A DNA stretch of 64,000 nucleotides from Candidatus Methylomirabilia bacterium (GTDB taxonomy: Bacteria; Methylomirabilota; Methylomirabilia; Rokubacteriales; CSP1-6), in NCBI GenBank assembly GCA_046758965.1, contig JBHIBG010000001.1, forward strand, positions 1 through 64,000, read 5' to 3'. The notes under the pieces were generated by a model, which ran no database searches, had not been told where the DNA came from, and saw only the letters and a list, made by a program, of their open reading frames with translations. The position numbers and the translations under genes are program-made. Below are positions 43,149 through 52,486 of this stretch, in pieces. Position 1 is the first letter of the stretch. Every line of letters starts with the position of its first letter.

Positions 43149-46100
43149 ATGCGTCGCCACGCTGATTTCGTCCACCTTCACGTCCACTCCGAGTACAGCC
43201 TCCTGGACGGGGCCGCGCCACTGGAGCGGCTGGTGGCCAAGGCGCGCGAGCTTCGTTTCCCGGCCCTGGCGCTGACGGATCACGGCAACCTGTTCGGGGC
43301 CATCGACTTCTACCTGGCGTGCCAGAAGGCGGGGATCAAACCCCTGATCGGTGCGGAGCTCTACGTCGCGCCGGGCAGCCGGTTCGAGCGGGGAACGCTC
43401 GACGGCTCGTACGAAGGCGCCAACCACCTCACCGTGCTTGTCCGCAATCTTGTCGGATACAAGAATCTCCTGAAGCTGGTTTCGAAGGCCTACCTGGAAG
43501 GGTTCTACTACAAACCCCGGGTGGACCGCGAGCTGTTGGCTCAGCATGCGGACGGACTTCTCGTCCTCTCCGGGTGCCTGAACTCCGAGGTCTCGCGGCT
43601 TCTCTCCGAGGGCGAAACGGCCAAGGCTCGCCAGGTTGCCGGGTGGCACCAGGAGGTCTTCGGCAAGGACGCCTACTTCCTGGAGGTCCAGTCCCACGGC
43701 ATGGCTGAGCAGCGGCAGGTTACCGAGGCGACGCTTGAGATCGCCCGAGCTCTCGGGGCGCCCGTGGTCGGAACCAACGACTCCCATTACCTGGAGGCGA
43801 ACCATGCCCAGGCCCACGAGGTGCTCCTCTGCATCCAGACCGGGACGACCATCAGGGACCCAAACCGCTGGCGGTTCACCTCAGACCAGTTCTATCTGAA
43901 GTCTGCCGAGGAAATGCGGCAGGTCTTTGCCGAGCTCCCCGAGGCCGTGGCCAACAGTCTGTCCGTGGCCGAGCGGTGCAACCTGGAACTGAGCTTCGAG
44001 AACGTCCACCTGCCGCGCTATCAGGTCCCCTCAGGGCACTCTCTGGAGAGCTACCTGGAAGAGCTGGCCTGGGAGGGGTGTCGGGGTCGCTACGGTGACC
44101 CCCCGCCGGAGGCGATCGCTGACCGCCTTGGGCGGGAGCTGGCGGTTATCGAAAAGATGGATTTCGCCGGCTACTTCCTGGTGGTCTGGGACTTTATCCG
44201 CTACGCCAAGTCTCGGGGCATTGCTGTGGGGCCCGGGCGCGGCTCCTCGGCGGGCTCCGTGGTGGCCTACGTGCTCGGGATTACCAACATCGATCCGATC
44301 CAGTACGGCTTGCTCTTTGAGCGCTTCCTGAACCCTGAGCGGGTCTCTATGCCGGACATGGACATCGACTTCTCTGATGACCGGCGGGACGAGGTGATCG
44401 AGTACGTGGCGGAGAAGTACGGCCGCGACAACGTGGCGCAGATCATCACCTTCGGGACCTTGGGAGCCAAGGCGGTTATCCGGGATGTGGGGCGCGCCCT
44501 CGGAATGGCCTATAGCGACGTGGACCGAATCGCCAAGTTGGTCCCCGGCCAGCTGAACATCACCCTGGATGACGCGCTCTCCAAATCTCCACCGCTCGCC
44601 GAGGCGGTGCGGAGCCGGCAGGAGGTGGCGCAGCTCTGGGAGATGGCCGGGGTGCTCGAAGGGCTCACGCGGCACGCCTCGACCCATGCGGCCGGTGTCG
44701 TGATCTCGGACGAGCCCTTGATCGAGCACGTCCCCCTCTACAAGGACCCGAAGCGGGATGATGTGGTGACCGGCTACGCCATGGGCCCCATTGAGAAGAT
44801 CGGGCTCCTCAAGATGGACTTCCTGGGACTGCGGACCCTCACGGTGATCGCCAATACGGTGAAGCTGGTGGCGGCGTCCCGGGGCCTATCCCTGGATCCG
44901 GATGTGATCCCCTTCGACGATCGCAAGACCTACCAGCTCCTCTCGGAGGCGAAGACGTTCGGGGTCTTCCAGCTGGAGTCGGCAGGCATGCGGGATCTGC
45001 TCCGTCGGTTAAAGCCTGAGCGGCTGGAGGACGTTATTGCCTTGGTAGCGCTCTACCGGCCCGGGCCGATGGAGATGATTCCCGAATTCATCAACCGGCG
45101 GCACGGTCGGGCGAAGATCACCTACGATCATGCGCTCCTTGAGCCGATCCTGAAGGAGACCTACGGAATCTGCACGTATCAGGAGCAGGTGATGCAGATC
45201 GCGGCGGTCTTGGCGGGGTTCTCCATGAGCGAAGCGGACATCCTCCGGAGGGCCATGGGGAAGAAGAACCCGGAGATGATGGCTCAGCAACGGGAGCAGT
45301 TCGTACGGGGCGCGACGGCTCGGGGGATCGACGAGCGAAGAGCGGGGAAGATCTTCGATATGCTGGCGCCGTTCGCGGGGTATGCCTTCAACAAGTGCCT
45401 GACCGGAGACGCCCAGATCGAAATGGCCGACGGTACCCTCAGGCGTATCACCGACGTGCGCGACGGAAACCTCGTGCTGACCAAGGATGGCCCATTCAGG
45501 GCCTTTGGAGTGCGGCCGAGTGGAATCCGGCGCGTTGGGCGGCTCGTGCTCGCCAACGGCATGACCGTGCGCTGCACTCCCGACCACCCCGTCTTCACCC
45601 AGCGCGGCTGGGTGAACGCGGAGGACCTTTCCGGCAGCGACTTTGTGGCCGTCGCGCGCGAGCTTTCCTGCGGCAGGCAGCCGGTTCCGAACCATTTCCC
45701 CGGCCTCCTCGGGTATGCCCTTTCCGAAGGAGGCTTGGGGTACGACAGCCATTTCTACCTGTATTCCACTGACCCGGATGAGATCCGAGACATGGGCCAA
45801 ATTCTCTCGGCCTTCGCGAACACCTCGCTCCGGGTTGAGGCGCGTCCCGGCGGCAGGACGCGGGCGATCCGGCCCGTGAGAGTTGATCCGAAAACTCCGT
45901 CAGCGGCCGTTGAATTTCTCTTACACGAATGCGGGTTACAGGGCAAAACTGCGCTGAACAAGCGGGTTCCTCCGGTAGTGGGTCGATGGAATCGGGAAGC
46001 CATTTCGGTTCTCGTGGCGAAGCTCTTCCAGGGGGATGGGTGCATCCATCCGAAGAGCCGATCCATCTTTTACGCAACGTCTTCGGAGGGGTTGGCCTGG

Positions 46101-47954
46101 GATGTTCGCCGGCTCCTCCTAAAGCTCGGTATCCCCTCGACGATCCACCGAAAGACGTTCGCCTACCGGAACGCGCGCCGGGTGGGGTACACGGTCAACC
46201 TGCTCGGGGGACGCTCGACCTACTCGAGATTCCAGGCACTCGTGGGTTCCTATCTGGTTGGGAAGAGGCAGGCGGCCTTGGCCACGCTCGAGGCGTCGTA
46301 CGCTGGCACGAGGGCCCTCTTCGCAGGCGGGACGGTGGATCTGCTCCCACTGCAGCTCTGTCGGGAGCCGGTGCGACAGGCGATTCGAAAATGCTTCGAC
46401 AGCTTGAAGGCCGGGTGTCGAGCGCTCGGGGTTGCATACAGGCTCCTGTTCGCCGATGGGCGGAAAGGCGGGATTCGCCGGGATACGCTCGAGTACCTGG
46501 CCGAGCAGCTCGGCTCCCCGGAGCTTGACGCGATCGCTCGATCCTCCATTGCGTGGTCGAGACTCAGGAAGTTTGTCGTCGAGGACGTCGAGCCGACCTA
46601 CGACTTCGAAGTCCCGGGGGCCGAGAGCTTTATCGCCAACGGGATCGTCGTCCACAACTCCCACGCCGCGGCGTACGCCGTGGTCGCGTACCAGACTGCC
46701 TACCTCAAGGCCAACTACCCCGTGGAGTTTATGGCTGCGCTGCTCACCTCTGAGATGGGGGACTCCGACAAGATCGTGAGGTACATCGAGGAATGCCGGG
46801 AGATGGGAATCCGGGTCCTGCCACCCGACGTCAACAGCTCATCTACCCAGTTTCGAGTGGTCGGGGAGACGATCCAGTTCGGTCTCGCCGCGATCAAGAA
46901 CGTCGGCGAGGCGGCGATCGAGTCCATTCTGAAAACTCGCGCGCCTGAGAGCCCCTTCAGCTTCCTGAGTGACTTCTGCCGTCGGGTGGATGTGCGCCTG
47001 GTCAACCGCCGGGTCATCGAAAGCCTGATCAAGGCCGGAGCCTTCGACTCGCTCCGAGTGAGCCGGGCCCACCTCCTCGCCTCGCTTGACCAGGCCCTGG
47101 AGGCGGGACAGCGCCATCAGCGGGACCGCCAGGAAGGACAGGCCTCGCTCTTGGACCTGTTTGAGGAACCGCCGATCAGCGCTGGTACGGCCGAGGAGCC
47201 AGCGCTCCCCGAGTGGGACTCCGACCAGCTTCTGGCGTATGAGAAGGAGGTGCTGGGGTTCTACCTCTCCGGCCACCCGCTCTCCCGGTTCCAACCCCTG
47301 GCTCAGCGGTGGGGCGTGACCCCTCTGGGGGATCTGGGAGGGAAGAGCTTGGGGTCACGAGTCTTGCTTTTGGGCCAGGTGGCAGCCCTGAAGGAGATCC
47401 CCACGAAGAGCGGTGACCGCATGGCCTTTGCCACGCTGGAGGACATGGGCGGGAGCGTGGAGCTTACGGTGTTCCCGGGGCCGTTTCGCACAGCAGCGCC
47501 GCTACTCCGGGCTCAGGCGCCTGTCCTGGTGCGGGGGCGCGTGGACGAGAGTGAGCGGGGACGTGTGGTGCTGGCCGAGGAGATCCGCCCGCTGCAGGAG
47601 AGCGGGTTCCCTGATCCGGCTCGACCTGGCGTCGGGGAGCCCCCGGGCACCCTGGGCGTGCGGTCGGACCTCTCCGGGGTCCAACCCGTGCCGGATCCTT
47701 TCGAAGCCTCACCCATTCCGCTGGCCCAGGCCTGCCGAATCCGGGTTCCTGCCACGGCCGATGCCCGGATCGTTCTGGACGCTCTCAGGCGTTGCTGTGC
47801 CGAGCATCGGGGGAGCGTGCCCCTGTTTCTCCATCTCCTGCTGTCGGGGCAGGAGGTCGTCGTCCATGTCGGGGCCTTCTCCGTGGCTCCGGCCGGGGAA
47901 CTGGTCTCGAGGGTCGAGGCACTCCTGGGGCAGGGGAGCATCATCGTCGAATAG
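43149..47954 (+). CDS. dnaE: DNA polymerase III alpha subunit, intein-containing
   Basis: PHP HLHVHSEYSLLDG, GRGS, PDMDID, KMDFLG, FQLES, FNK/SH, OB fold. Confidence 0.97.
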   Translation: MRRHADFVHLHVHSEYSLLDGAAPLERLVAKARELRFPALALTDHGNLFGAIDFYLACQKAGIKPLIGAELYVAPGSRFERGTLDGSYEGANHLTVLVRNLVGYKNLLKLVSKAYLEGFYYKPRVDRELLAQHADGLLVLSGCLNSEVSRLLSEGETAKARQVAGWHQEVFGKDAYFLEVQSHGMAEQRQVTEATLEIARALGAPVVGTNDSHYLEANHAQAHEVLLCIQTGTTIRDPNRWRFTSDQFYLKSAEEMRQVFAELPEAVANSLSVAERCNLELSFENVHLPRYQVPSGHSLESYLEELAWEGCRGRYGDPPPEAIADRLGRELAVIEKMDFAGYFLVVWDFIRYAKSRGIAVGPGRGSSAGSVVAYVLGITNIDPIQYGLLFERFLNPERVSMPDMDIDFSDDRRDEVIEYVAEKYGRDNVAQIITFGTLGAKAVIRDVGRALGMAYSDVDRIAKLVPGQLNITLDDALSKSPPLAEAVRSRQEVAQLWEMAGVLEGLTRHASTHAAGVVISDEPLIEHVPLYKDPKRDDVVTGYAMGPIEKIGLLKMDFLGLRTLTVIANTVKLVAASRGLSLDPDVIPFDDRKTYQLLSEAKTFGVFQLESAGMRDLLRRLKPERLEDVIALVALYRPGPMEMIPEFINRRHGRAKITYDHALLEPILKETYGICTYQEQVMQIAAVLAGFSMSEADILRRAMGKKNPEMMAQQREQFVRGATARGIDERRAGKIFDMLAPFAGYAFNKCLTGDAQIEMADGTLRRITDVRDGNLVLTKDGPFRAFGVRPSGIRRVGRLVLANGMTVRCTPDHPVFTQRGWVNAEDLSGSDFVAVARELSCGRQPVPNHFPGLLGYALSEGGLGYDSHFYLYSTDPDEIRDMGQILSAFANTSLRVEARPGGRTRAIRPVRVDPKTPSAAVEFLLHECGLQGKTALNKRVPPVVGRWNREAISVLVAKLFQGDGCIHPKSRSIFYATSSEGLAWDVRRLLLKLGIPSTIHRKTFAYRNARRVGYTVNLLGGRSTYSRFQALVGSYLVGKRQAALATLEASYAGTRALFAGGTVDLLPLQLCREPVRQAIRKCFDSLKAGCRALGVAYRLLFADGRKGGIRRDTLEYLAEQLGSPELDAIARSSIAWSRLRKFVVEDVEPTYDFEVPGAESFIANGIVVHNSHAAAYAVVAYQTAYLKANYPVEFMAALLTSEMGDSDKIVRYIEECREMGIRVLPPDVNSSSTQFRVVGETIQFGLAAIKNVGEAAIESILKTRAPESPFSFLSDFCRRVDVRLVNRRVIESLIKAGAFDSLRVSRAHLLASLDQALEAGQRHQRDRQEGQASLLDLFEEPPISAGTAEEPALPEWDSDQLLAYEKEVLGFYLSGHPLSRFQPLAQRWGVTPLGDLGGKSLGSRVLLLGQVAALKEIPTKSGDRMAFATLEDMGGSVELTVFPGPFRTAAPLLRAQAPVLVRGRVDESERGRVVLAEEIRPLQESGFPDPARPGVGEPPGTLGVRSDLSGVQPVPDPFEASPIPLAQACRIRVPATADARIVLDALRRCCAEHRGSVPLFLHLLLSGQEVVVHVGAFSVAPAGELVSRVEALLGQGSIIVE
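45396..46658 (+). mobile_element. Intein with LAGLIDADG homing endonuclease (421 aa)
   Basis: Starts CLTGDAQI, block B TPDHPV, LLGYALSEG and LFQGDG endonuclease motifs, ends YDFEV..IVVHN followed by Ser; removal restores YAFNKSHAAAY. Confidence 0.95.
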
Positions 47955-47980
47955 TGAGGGGGCGCGACGACAAGGTGCGG

Positions 47981-48985
47981 CTACGGGGGCCCGGAGTCCA
48001 CGAGTGCCAGCGCGGTGTCCTCATCCGTGACCAGCACGTTCATGAAGTGCCCCCGCAGGGCTCCCAGGATCGCCTCCAGCTTTTGTTTCCCTCCCGCCAC
48101 GGCGATCACATATTTGCCGTATGAGCCAGACATCTCTCTGAGCCGGACCGCGCTGACGGCCAGCACGCGCCGGGTGAGCCTGCGAAGCTCTCTGCGCTCG
48201 GTCAGGGTCCCTTGAGCGTCGAATGGCTGATAGTTGATCTCACCGACGACGCCTAGGGCTTTGAGCGTCTTGACGCTGACCCCGTATGACTCGGCCAGCG
48301 AGCAGAAGCCTGGTGTATCTTCTCCGATCATCCCGATCCCGACCAGGGAGATCTGGACATCCTGGGCCCCATCGTAGATCCGGCGGATCTCTTGGTTCTT
48401 TAGCAGCCGGCGCCGCTCAGCCTCGATCTGTTGCGGCGCGCCCGGGAGCTGCGCCGGGAGCGCGTAGGCGGTCACGTGAGGGCGATACTTCGCGGCCATC
48501 ATCCCGACGAGGGTGTTGGGGAAGAGATCGACCAGCTTGAGGGTGCTTTCAGCCGACAGGGGAAACAGGCTGAGGTTGCGGAACCGGCGCTCTCGCAGCT
48601 GATGAATGGTCTGGTACAGGGTGAAGCCGCAGGAGAGCCCCACCGAGATCCCGTTGGCCGCGACCCGCTCGAAGTATCGGGCTGCGGCCGCCCCCAGGTC
48701 CCTCCTCAGTTCCCCCTCGCTGCCCGCCGGGATGACGACCGCGTCGCGGAGGCCAAAGCGTTCCACGAGCGAGGCCTCCAACCTGGGGTTCTGGGGGAGG
48801 TCGAGCTCCACGCGGATCCATCCTTCCGCAAAGGCGCGTTTGAGGAGGCGCGAGACCTTGGAAGAGGAGAGCCCGAGCGCCTTGGCGATCTCCTTCTGGT
48901 GCTTTCGGTGGCGGTAGTGAAGCTCAAGGCATTGGATCATCTGGCGGAGCTCCTGCGGGGAGCCGAGATCGTGAGCGAGCCTCAT
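47981..48985 (-). CDS. SorC/CggR/LsrR-family sugar-binding transcriptional regulator
   Basis: HTH QKEIAKALGLSSSKVSRLL; GLSCGFT, VGIG, VAGG..K..AILGAL, LVTDE; RBS GAGGTG. Confidence 0.92.
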   Translation of the reverse strand: MRLAHDLGSPQELRQMIQCLELHYRHRKHQKEIAKALGLSSSKVSRLLKRAFAEGWIRVELDLPQNPRLEASLVERFGLRDAVVIPAGSEGELRRDLGAAAARYFERVAANGISVGLSCGFTLYQTIHQLRERRFRNLSLFPLSAESTLKLVDLFPNTLVGMMAAKYRPHVTAYALPAQLPGAPQQIEAERRRLLKNQEIRRIYDGAQDVQISLVGIGMIGEDTPGFCSLAESYGVSVKTLKALGVVGEINYQPFDAQGTLTERRELRRLTRRVLAVSAVRLREMSGSYGKYVIAVAGGKQKLEAILGALRGHFMNVLVTDEDTALALVDSGPP

Positions 48986-49016
48986 GAAATAAATTTCACC
49001 TCTCTGTAGTTTTTGC

Positions 49017-49058
49017 TTGACACCGTGAATTGTATCACGGTATGATAAATGTCGTCTA
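49017..49058. promoter_or_regulatory. Overlapping divergent promoters with palindromic operator
   Basis: + strand TTGACA-18-TATGAT; - strand TAGACG-18-(TGa)TACAAT; perfect inverted repeat ACCGTGA-N6-TCACGGT at 49022-49041. Confidence 0.75.
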
Positions 49059-49112
49059 TCTATTCGCCCTCTCTTTTCCCATCGACGTTTCTCTCTCATC
49101 AAGGAGGTGACA

Positions 49113-50573
49113 ATGAGAGCGCAGAAGCGTTATCCGGGCAGCCGGAAAGGGCGGCCCTCGCTTTCTGAGTATCATCAGTCCAAGGACAACCTCGCGGATC
49201 TCCCTCAAACGACAGCGGAAAAGATCGCGGTGACCAACACGCCGAACCTCTTCTCCTACAAGTCGTACGTGTTCGCCAAGACGCCCGAGCTGGTGAGGCG
49301 CTTCATCAAGGCGACCAAGGCTGACGTGGGTGGGGTGGGGGGGCACGTGGTGGCGGCCGAGGAGGTCAAGGCGGTCGTCACCAAGTTTGTCATGGAGAAC
49401 AATGCCTTCCAGGGCGAGCCCGTCTTCAGCTCATTCATGGTCACCCATACCGGCGATGACGTGGCAGTGACCGGGGTCATGTCCGAGCACACGCCGATGG
49501 AGGTGGTGGATGAGCTGCTCTGGGACGCCTTCACGCTCGGGGCTGACAAAGCCACCGAGCTGGGGCTCTACGGCCCGGGGCAGGACTTGGTGGCGGATGC
49601 GTTCACGGGGAACTTGCGCGGAGCTGGACCCGCCACGGTGGTGCTCCCGCTTCCGGTGCGGCCGGAGAACCCGTCCCAGACGGTGCTGGTCTCCTTCGCC
49701 GACAAGACCGAGCCCGTCGCGTTCAACTATTACGCCACCGGGGCCTACCTGCTCCCCCGCTTCAACTCGGGGCTGACCATCGCCTCCTCCAGGATGAAGC
49801 GCGGCTACCTCATGGAGATCGTGGACCTGGACACCAAGGCCCAGGCTATCGAGGCGGGCGTCCACCCGAGGGATCAAAAAGCCCTGGATGGCAAGATGGA
49901 AGAGCTGGCAAAAGGACTCCAGGAGAAGGTGATCGCGCTTCGCTCTCCCGAGGACCTGTTCGACATCGAGGGGCTCTGCCGCTCCTCCCGCTTCGTCGTG
50001 GCCCGGATCTGGACGCGCGATGAGAAGGCGGAAAATGGCGAGCTCGGGTACGTGGTCTCCGCCGAGCGCCTGCATAACATCCAGACCAAGAAGGGGTTCA
50101 CCTATGGCGGGAAGGATGACCCTGTGCTCTTGGCTTTCGCCCAGGGAGACTGGCCGGCACCGGGGGAGATCACCTCGCCTTGGGCGACCTGCCCCATGGT
50201 GGCTGGCGACTGCCGCGGCAGTCACAACCTCCATATTCTCCCGGTTCCGATCAACTGGCAGACCTCCTACTGGTCTGGCCCCATCCTCTCAGCGGTCACG
50301 CTCTCGGTGAACATCCACGCCGGGCGCATTGGGGCGGTCTCAGACCAGTTCGCGCTGGGGACGCCGTGGGACTACGTCCGGCAGCGCGCCTCCGAGCTGG
50401 CCATTCAGTTCCGTACCGCCCACGGGATCCGGCAGCCAGCCACCCTCCACGAGGATGAGTTGGAGTACCAGGAAGGCTGGAAACAGCGCCGCGCCCGGCT
50501 CGAGAAGCAGTTCGAAGTGAAGCCTCCGCTTGTCTGGAATGGCGGCGGAAGGAAGGCCACCGTTCTGACCTAA
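49113..50573 (+). CDS. fbp: Fructose-1,6-bisphosphate aldolase/phosphatase (class V FBPase) homologue, extended
   Basis: KADVG..GGH, GDD, LYGPGQDL, GN.RG.GP, ADKTEP, YGGKDDP, RGSH, EY; RBS AAGGAGG. Confidence 0.85.
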   Translation: MRAQKRYPGSRKGRPSLSEYHQSKDNLADLPQTTAEKIAVTNTPNLFSYKSYVFAKTPELVRRFIKATKADVGGVGGHVVAAEEVKAVVTKFVMENNAFQGEPVFSSFMVTHTGDDVAVTGVMSEHTPMEVVDELLWDAFTLGADKATELGLYGPGQDLVADAFTGNLRGAGPATVVLPLPVRPENPSQTVLVSFADKTEPVAFNYYATGAYLLPRFNSGLTIASSRMKRGYLMEIVDLDTKAQAIEAGVHPRDQKALDGKMEELAKGLQEKVIALRSPEDLFDIEGLCRSSRFVVARIWTRDEKAENGELGYVVSAERLHNIQTKKGFTYGGKDDPVLLAFAQGDWPAPGEITSPWATCPMVAGDCRGSHNLHILPVPINWQTSYWSGPILSAVTLSVNIHAGRIGAVSDQFALGTPWDYVRQRASELAIQFRTAHGIRQPATLHEDELEYQEGWKQRRARLEKQFEVKPPLVWNGGGRKATVLT

Positions 50574-50635
50574 GAGGGCCATAGAGCTGAGCGAGCGAGG
50601 TCGGCTCGAGCTTTGACGGTCTTTCGTCTCCCCGG

Positions 50636-50674
50636 AAGCCGGCCGCCGGATGCCTTCGGCGGCCGGCTTTTATT
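50636..50674 (+). terminator. Rho-independent terminator after fbp
   Basis: AAGCCGGCCGCCG-loop-CGGCGGCCGGCTT followed by a T tract. Confidence 0.85.
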
Positions 50675-50683
50675 GCCGTTTTA

Positions 50684-50712
50684 TTGACAAGACCATTCGG
50701 GGGTGGTAAACC
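50684..50712 (+). promoter_or_regulatory. Sigma70 promoter for DUF151 operon
   Basis: TTGACA-17 nt-TAAACC. Confidence 0.6.
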
Positions 50713-50883
50713 TAATCTAAGTGCAACCTACAAGCATTTTCGCGGTTTCCCACGGCTCAGCTCCACCTCATCACGTAAGGCTGTCAGAGGAGCAAGTACG
50801 ACTCGGAGTGGGCGGCAGGCCTGGAGCTCCCAACACGGGGCATCGTCTCCGGGGCGAGTTGGCTTGAGGAGGAGGACGGGATT

Positions 50884-51387
50884 ATGTGGGTGGAGATGAA
50901 AGTCCGCGGGCTTGCCCTTGACCCGCTGTCTAACATGCCGATTATCATCCTGCGGGACGAGGAGGAGAAGAGCTCGCTCCCCATCTGGGTGGGGATCTTC
51001 GAGGCCAACGCCATTGCCCTGGAGCTAGAGAAGATCGCGACGCCGCGGCCCATGACGCACGACCTGATCAAGAACATCCTGGAGGCCCTGGAGGCCAGGG
51101 TGGCCAAGGTGGTGGTCAACGACCTCCGGGAGAACACCTTCTTCGCGGTGATCCACCTTCAACTCGGCAGATCGGAGATCACCGTGGACTCCCGCCCCTC
51201 GGATGCCATCGCGCTCGCCTTACGCGTGGGGGCTCCGATTTTCGTTGACGAAGACGTGGTGAAGAGGTCGAAGAGCGTGGAGGTCGTCAAGGAAGGGGAG
51301 ACGGTCAACCCCGAGGACCGCGAGAAGCTCAAGGAGTGGCTTGAGAACCTCAAGCCCGAGGATTTCGACAAGTTCAACAAGATGTGA
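50884..51387 (+). CDS. Bifunctional nuclease family protein (DUF151)
   Basis: [30 protein letters not shown]. Confidence 0.93.
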   Translation: MWVEMKVRGLALDPLSNMPIIILRDEEEKSSLPIWVGIFEANAIALELEKIATPRPMTHDLIKNILEALEARVAKVVVNDLRENTFFAVIHLQLGRSEITVDSRPSDAIALALRVGAPIFVDEDVVKRSKSVEVVKEGETVNPEDREKLKEWLENLKPEDFDKFNKM

Positions 51388-51404
51388 GCACACCGGGTGA
51401 AAGC

Positions 51405-52232
51405 ATGACCGACCAGCAACGCGAAGCCGCCATGATGGCGAGGATCCAAGCCGGGGAGCGTATCGAGTCCGCAGAGGAGACGACTGCGGAGTACCGGTCG
51501 AACCTGATCCACCTGATGACAATGCAAGCAGACTCAGAGCTGGCGGGGGGCTACGGGTATGTGCCCTGGATTATGAAGGCGCCCACCGTGGAGGAAAAGT
51601 ACGTGGTAGCCCAGATCGTGAAAGATGAGATCCGCCACGGATCGGTCATGTACGGGCTTCTGGCGGACCTCGGATTTGACGTGGAGGCTCACCTCGGCAC
51701 CCATGACCAGGTCTTCGGGATGCGGACCGAAGCCGAGGCTGATCTCGGCACGCGCCGGATTAGCTCCGACAAGCGGGTCAATATCTTCTACTATCCGATC
51801 GATACCTGGGCAGACTTCGTCTTCTTCAACTTCTGCATGGATCGGGGCGCCGGGCACCAGCTGGAGGACGTCCGTCACTGCTCCTACGGCCCCTGGGTGC
51901 GCGCGATCGAAGGGATCTTCAAGGAGGAGAAGTTTCACATCCGCCACGGCGAGTACTGGGTCAAGAGGCTCGCCGAGGACCCGCGCACCCGCGATGAGGC
52001 CCAGGCGACATTCGACACCTGGTATGCGCGGACGATGAACATCTTCGGGCGGCCCGGGTCAGCAAAGAACCGGCTCTATCGGAAGCTGCGTCTCAAAGTG
52101 CGGGACAACGACGAGGTTCGCCAGGCCTTCGCAGCCGAGGTCAAAGCGCTCTGCGCGCCGCTCGGCCTCTCGGTCCCGGAGTGGCAACCGGCCTGGGAGA
52201 AGCTCCCCGAGGAGGCCCAGATCCCCGGTTAG
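51405..52232 (+). CDS. PaaA/PaaC-like ferritin-fold diiron protein
   Basis: QADSE, KAP, DEIRHG, CSYGPW, EEKFH, MNIFG pattern resembles phenylacetyl-CoA epoxidase subunits. Confidence 0.8.
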   Translation: MTDQQREAAMMARIQAGERIESAEETTAEYRSNLIHLMTMQADSELAGGYGYVPWIMKAPTVEEKYVVAQIVKDEIRHGSVMYGLLADLGFDVEAHLGTHDQVFGMRTEAEADLGTRRISSDKRVNIFYYPIDTWADFVFFNFCMDRGAGHQLEDVRHCSYGPWVRAIEGIFKEEKFHIRHGEYWVKRLAEDPRTRDEAQATFDTWYARTMNIFGRPGSAKNRLYRKLRLKVRDNDEVRQAFAAEVKALCAPLGLSVPEWQPAWEKLPEEAQIPG

Positions 52233-52245
52233 CCGCGGTCCGAAA

Positions 52246-52270
52246 AAAGGCCCGAGGGCGGGCCTTTCTC
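52246..52270 (+). terminator. Terminator-like hairpin (possibly bidirectional)
   Basis: AAAGGCCCG-aggg-CGGGCCTTT, with an A run before and a T-rich stretch after. Confidence 0.7.
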
Positions 52271-52486
52271 TTGGCCTTTCCCGAGGGATGCGGCTGCCAT
52301 CACAATTTCGGATCGGGGTGGTGCGCCCAGCAGGGCGTTTCTGTTGCGACGACGGCTCCGTTTTTCGGGGTCCCCTCCTGCCAGCTAGCTCTCCATGTTT
52401 GCTCAAGTCGGGGGTTCCGCTCAACTCTGCATTGGACATCGTCTGAAGGATAAGGTCGCCCAACGCACGCATTTCGGTGCTCCTTT

